Under the pieces are notes generated by a model. The model worked only from the letters and a program-made list of their open reading frames with translations. It searched no databases and was not told the origin of the DNA. A stretch of DNA of 28,782 nt from a virus (taxonomy: Duplodnaviria > Caudoviricetes), in IMG/VR virus record IMGVR_UViG_3300008255_000382, positions 1 through 28,782 of that record, one strand, 5' to 3'. Both the position numbers and the translations under genes were made by a program. Below, piece after piece: positions 26,204 to 28,782 of this stretch (within the stretch, counting starts at the first letter, position 1; the number at the start of each line of letters is the position of its first letter).

Positions 26204-27812
26204 AAACTGATTCTTCAACTTCGTTGGTAATTGCACATTCAGTAGTGATAAGTGTACCAGCTGCACTGATGGCATTTTCAAGCGAGAGGCGCACAACTCG
26301 ATAAGGGTCAATCACGCCTTGGGGAATCATGGCGACTAGTTCATTCGTCTTCACATCCATTCCATCACCAGAGGCAAGCATTTCCTTCACTACGGTATCA
26401 ATATCCTCAATGCCAGCATTCTCAAGTATCTGTCTCGCAGGCTTCTCACATGCTGCCCTGAGAATTGTAAACGCAACCTGCTCGTCTTTATCTTTGGAAT
26501 TGTTTTTGAGCTTGTTGACGGCACGTAAAAGCGCAAGTCCTCCACCTTCAACGTAACCTTCCTGCAACGTAGCCTTAGCGGCAAAAACAGCGTCTTCTAG
26601 TCTGTACTTGAGTTCCTTTTTGTCAACGTCCGTAGGAGCTGAGTACTTGATTGTTGCAAGCCCTCCACGTAGCGCACTGATTCGAGCGTTGATATTGAGT
26701 ATTTCACTCTCATCACTACTCTTTGCTCGTGTCTCCTCCAAGAAGCTTACGCGTGCGTCAATAGCCTCCTGCTGTCCTGCGGGACACATCACGGTGTGAT
26801 CTTTGTTAGAGTAGACCGACTTAACAGTTCCAAGATCAGCAAGCTTGTGATGGCGTACGTAGTTACCCTTATCGCCATCCACGATCTTTGCGCCGGTAGC
26901 AATCGCCATATCCTCAAGAATATCATCTCTCTTACCTCCGAATGATGGAGGTTGTACCCATATCCACTCAAGCGGACCGCCATTGATAGTGGAATTCTTA
27001 AGTAGGAATTGAATAATCGTAGCGTGTAGAAGCTCTGATACGATCACGAGCTTAGTGCAGTGAATCTTGTTAACTTGTCCTTTCTCGTCCACATCGGCAA
27101 ATTGTCTTGCCAAAGGCAAAAAGTCCGTGAATGAGCTCAATTTGTCCTTGCATAAAAGAACACGTGCGTCATCCATGCTGTATTCCCAGCGCGTGCGTGA
27201 GATAAGACCTTCTTTGAGTCCACAGTCCCACTTGAAGCCGTTTTGACGTTCCACCTTGATCTCATTCCCCAGACCTTCCTCAAAATTCACAGTCGCGTCC
27301 TTCCCAAGGTCGAACATGAGCTTCCCAATCATAGTACCGATCTCTTCATCCTGAGCCGATATTGAAGCGATGTTGACCAATTCCGCTTCTGTTTTTACTT
27401 CCACTCTATTCTTCTTCACCTCGTCGGTGATCTCCCTACCAAGGCGAAGGAGGTGTTTTTTAACATTCACCGGATTAAAATCTTTTTGCGCGAATGCGGC
27501 TTTCACAAGTTCCCGGGCAATGACGATAGATGACGTTGTTCCGTCACCCGCAAGATCATTCGTGCGAAATGAAGCCTGCTTGATAAGTTGGCAACCCATA
27601 TTCTCGAATGGGTCTTTGAGGTTCGCTTCGCGCGCAATGCTAACACCATCGTTTGTTATTTGCGGTTTTTGAAAAATCGTAGACTCAAAAATAACGTTAC
27701 GCCCCTTGGCTCCAAGGGTAACGGCCACTGAGTCGGCCAGCTTGTCGACGCCAGCCATAAGCTTCTTACGTGCTGCGGAGCCATAAAGATATTCTTTGAA
27801 CGGAATTTTCAT
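26184..27812 (-). CDS. groEL: Phage-encoded GroEL-like chaperonin (Cpn60)
   Basis: VAVTLGAKGRNV, ITNDGVSIA, AGDGTTS, RLEDA, GGG.ALL and GVIDP..V motifs; 542 aa; no GGM tail. Confidence 0.95.
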   Translation of the reverse strand: MKIPFKEYLYGSAARKKLMAGVDKLADSVAVTLGAKGRNVIFESTIFQKPQITNDGVSIAREANLKDPFENMGCQLIKQASFRTNDLAGDGTTSSIVIARELVKAAFAQKDFNPVNVKKHLLRLGREITDEVKKNRVEVKTEAELVNIASISAQDEEIGTMIGKLMFDLGKDATVNFEEGLGNEIKVERQNGFKWDCGLKEGLISRTRWEYSMDDARVLLCKDKLSSFTDFLPLARQFADVDEKGQVNKIHCTKLVIVSELLHATIIQFLLKNSTINGGPLEWIWVQPPSFGGKRDDILEDMAIATGAKIVDGDKGNYVRHHKLADLGTVKSVYSNKDHTVMCPAGQQEAIDARVSFLEETRAKSSDESEILNINARISALRGGLATIKYSAPTDVDKKELKYRLEDAVFAAKATLQEGYVEGGGLALLRAVNKLKNNSKDKDEQVAFTILRAACEKPARQILENAGIEDIDTVVKEMLASGDGMDVKTNELVAMIPQGVIDPYRVVRLSLENAISAAGTLITTECAITNEVEESVCEGKKK

Positions 27813-27829
27813 AATAAAAAATTAAATAA

Positions 27830-28339
27830 TTAAATTGTTATATGTTTCCAGCTAATGCCTTTGTCAATTTGCACAATCGTCTGCCTCGCCACCCGAAAAA
27901 TGTCCGCTATGGTTTGTATCGAAATTCTGTTTGGAATAGTTAAAATATGTTTAATAACACGAACCTGCTTATCGTTAAGCTTACTTTGCGCTCGCGCCGT
28001 TCCTAGCGTATAAAGACCCGTCCTAACCGCATGCTCCTGATTTTCCTTGTGGGTACACCATTCTAAATTTTCAGCATTATTATTCGCCTTATTTCCGTCC
28101 TTATGATTTATAAACCGCTTTCTGCTTGACGGAATAAATGTCTTCGCGACAACCCTATGCACTAAAAGTTGTTCTATAACCTTATTTTTAGCCAAAATCA
28201 CACCAATATACCCATCTTTTCTGTAGTGCAATTTGCGAAGACCCCCCTTGGCGTGTGGTCTTCTAAAACTATAAATTCTTCCAAGATTACTAACTTGATA
28301 TAATCCTTCGTAGCCTTTGATATCTTTCCATATTTCCAT
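27830..28339 (-). CDS. Free-standing NUMOD4-HNH homing endonuclease with C-terminal HTH
   Basis: EIWKDIKGYEGLYQVSNLGRI (NUMOD4), VHRVVA..F, INHKDGNKANN...NLEWCT..EN..HA (HNH), and SKL...IADIFRVARQTI (HTH). Confidence 0.93.
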   Translation of the reverse strand: MEIWKDIKGYEGLYQVSNLGRIYSFRRPHAKGGLRKLHYRKDGYIGVILAKNKVIEQLLVHRVVAKTFIPSSRKRFINHKDGNKANNNAENLEWCTHKENQEHAVRTGLYTLGTARAQSKLNDKQVRVIKHILTIPNRISIQTIADIFRVARQTIVQIDKGISWKHITI

Positions 28340-28345
28340 AAATAA

Positions 28346-28633
28346 CTATTTAACTTGTATCCCCAAGATGTTATCGAGTTCGATATAAATTATTTCATAG
28401 TCTGTTGTACTGATCTTGACCGGGGAGTATCTCGTGAAGTGTATCTGTTTTCCTGGACGAATCCCACGTACCCATTTATTCCAGAATCCGATTTGACCAA
28501 CCTGCAAAATGTCGCCTATGTCGGGATGTGACTCGCGCTTCATCTCTTCCGTAAGTTCAAAACCGCCAGCGTCAGGAACGTGGCGGGATACTACTACTCT
28601 TTTTCCGAAAGGCTTAAAGGTGATTTTTTCCAT
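28346..28633 (-). CDS. groES: GroES-like co-chaperonin (Cpn10)
   Basis: From ATG 28633 (95 aa): FKPFGKRVVV, mobile loop AGGFEL, GDILQVG, IRPGKQIHFTRYS, DNILG. Confidence 0.85.
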   Translation of the reverse strand: MEKITFKPFGKRVVVSRHVPDAGGFELTEEMKRESHPDIGDILQVGQIGFWNKWVRGIRPGKQIHFTRYSPVKISTTDYEIIYIELDNILGIQVK

Positions 28634-28656
28634 AAATTTAATTAAAAATAAACAGG

Positions 28657-28685
28657 AGTATATTACCACAATCACAATTACTCAA
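28657..28685 (-). promoter_or_regulatory. sigma70-type promoter for the groES-HNH-groEL-csp-ter operon
   Basis: TTGAGT(28685-28680)-N17-TATACT(28662-28657), with the -10 box ending 23 nt upstream of the groES ATG. Confidence 0.65.
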
Positions 28686-28695
28686 CAATACGTTA

Positions 28696-28709
28696 TGTAT
28701 GTCCATACA
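28696..28709. promoter_or_regulatory. Palindromic operator candidate between divergent promoters
   Basis: TGTATG-TC-CATACA, located between the two -35 boxes. Confidence 0.45.
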
Positions 28710-28715
28710 ATGGTA

Positions 28716-28744
28716 TTGACTCGGCATGTACACCGTGATACACT
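28716..28744 (+). promoter_or_regulatory. Divergent sigma70-type promoter pointing out of the window
   Basis: TTGACT(28716-28721)-N17-TACACT(28739-28744), with an extended -10 TG. Confidence 0.6.
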
Positions 28745-28782
28745 GAAATCGTTCAGTTAGCTAATCCAGCCGCTTGGCACTA

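Noticed and set aside
27813-28345. Group I intron hosting the HNH gene
   Set aside because: Flanking spacers are only 17 and 6 nt, and both groES and groEL look complete.
28634-28675. 14-aa N-terminal extension of GroES in the ORF track
   Set aside because: Runs through the predicted promoter; GroES similarity starts at ATG 28633.
1-28782. Stop-codon reassignment (code 25 or 15)
   Set aside because: Genes are full length under code 11; TGA ends terL and forms an ATGA coupling at 13703-13706, and TAG ends the portal.
1-28782. CRISPR array, DGR/reverse transcriptase, integrase, tRNA or rRNA
   Set aside because: No spaced repeats, RT motifs, recombinase or cloverleaf seen by eye, and intergenic gaps are short. 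tRNAscan-SE or Infernal would be needed to exclude RNA genes formally.

Overview
Tailed dsDNA phage (or prophage) virion-morphogenesis region, almost entirely on the minus strand, standard genetic code. Transcription order (right to left): groES-like, free-standing NUMOD4/HNH endonuclease, groEL-like, two small ORFs, cold-shock protein, TerS, TerL with a 351-aa LAGLIDADG intein, a hypothetical gene, portal, a hypothetical gene, scaffold, cement-like protein, Mu gpT-like major capsid, beta-helix fibre, HhH protein, a 36-aa basic peptide missing from the ORF track, accessory virion proteins, a membrane protein, head-tail adaptor, nozzle, tail fibre, a coiled-coil/M23 ejection protein, a 1724-aa ejection/polyvalent-type protein, an opposite-strand 2-TM gene and the start of an M23 endolysin (also missing from the ORF track). 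No sheath, tube or tape measure is recognisable, so the layout is podovirus-like. Leaders are AU-rich without Shine-Dalgarno motifs while promoters are sigma70-type, hinting at a CPR/Patescibacteria-like host (inference). Most notable: a bracketed ART-like cassette in the giant protein; a phage chaperonin plus Csp module next to the packaging genes; structured 5' leaders on the head genes; and a TAACCNAA motif at SD-like spacing. All family calls come from motif recognition by eye; no database searches were run.
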